This document shows, one piece after another, positions 16,885-17,058 of a stretch of 17,058 bases of DNA. Where the stretch lies: contig JBBIPG010000050.1 in assembly GCA_037442925.1 (NCBI GenBank), forward strand, positions 1-17,058. The letters are read 5' to 3'. Origin of the DNA: Candidatus Fraserbacteria bacterium (GTDB lineage: Bacteria > Bipolaricaulota > Bipolaricaulia > RBG-16-55-9). Numbering within the stretch: the stretch's first letter is position 1; every line of letters begins with the position of its first letter. The position numbers and the translations under genes are program-made. The notes below the pieces were generated by a model. It did no database searches, had not been told where the DNA came from, and saw only the letters and a program-made list of their open reading frames with translations.

Positions 16885-17058
16885 CTCATCGCTCCTCCCT
16901 TGGGCAGAGTGAACGTGAATTTGCAGCCCTTCCCCGTCTTAGGATCTGGGCTTTCGGCCCAGATCCGCCCGCCATGGGCCTCGACGATCTTCTTGGCGAT
17001 CGCCAGTCCCAGCCCAGCACCCTTGGTCTCCACACTCTTACCACGATAGAACTCCTCG
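16881..17058 (-). CDS. Sensor histidine kinase, C-terminal HATPase_c fragment (partial, continues beyond window)
   Basis: Own translation (not in ORF track): [58 protein letters not shown], showing the F box, G2 box GxGLGL, HGG and FTFTLP. ATGA overlap with metF. Confidence 0.92.
   Translation of the reverse strand, partial: EEFYRGKSVETKGAGLGLAIAKKIVEAHGGRIWAESPDPKTGKGCKFTFTLPKGGAMR
16942..16966. repeat. Perfect 10-bp inverted repeat inside the kinase gene
   Basis: GGATCTGGGC-TTTCG-GCCCAGATCC. Confidence 0.75.

Overview
Densely coding, moderately GC-rich bacterial window, probably from an anaerobe; the taxon cannot be fixed from sequence alone. From left to right it contains: the 3' end of an upstream gene with its terminator; an hsp20 gene under a perfect sigma70 promoter and a variant CIRCE operator; a translationally coupled pyrB-pyrI-thpR run followed by archease; a convergent, orphan nuoC-nuoD-nuoI cassette with its own promoter, a NuoI lacking one Fe-S cysteine and a shortened NuoD; folC divergent from a PLP aminotransferase, folD and a small membrane protein plus sodium:solute symporter. 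The right third is a tightly coupled minus-strand cluster: [sensor histidine kinase, partial]-metF-receiver-receiver-[NiFe]-hydrogenase small-large-metV-metF. This cluster is the best candidate for an undescribed system. It places a cytoplasmic [NiFe]-hydrogenase (no Tat signal, no membrane anchor, no C-terminal maturation extension) directly upstream of acetogen-type MetVF and interleaved with two-component proteins. That layout suggests an H2-linked methylene-THF reductase and/or an H2-sensing circuit controlling the folate methyl branch. No rRNA, tRNA, CRISPR or mobile element was recognised.
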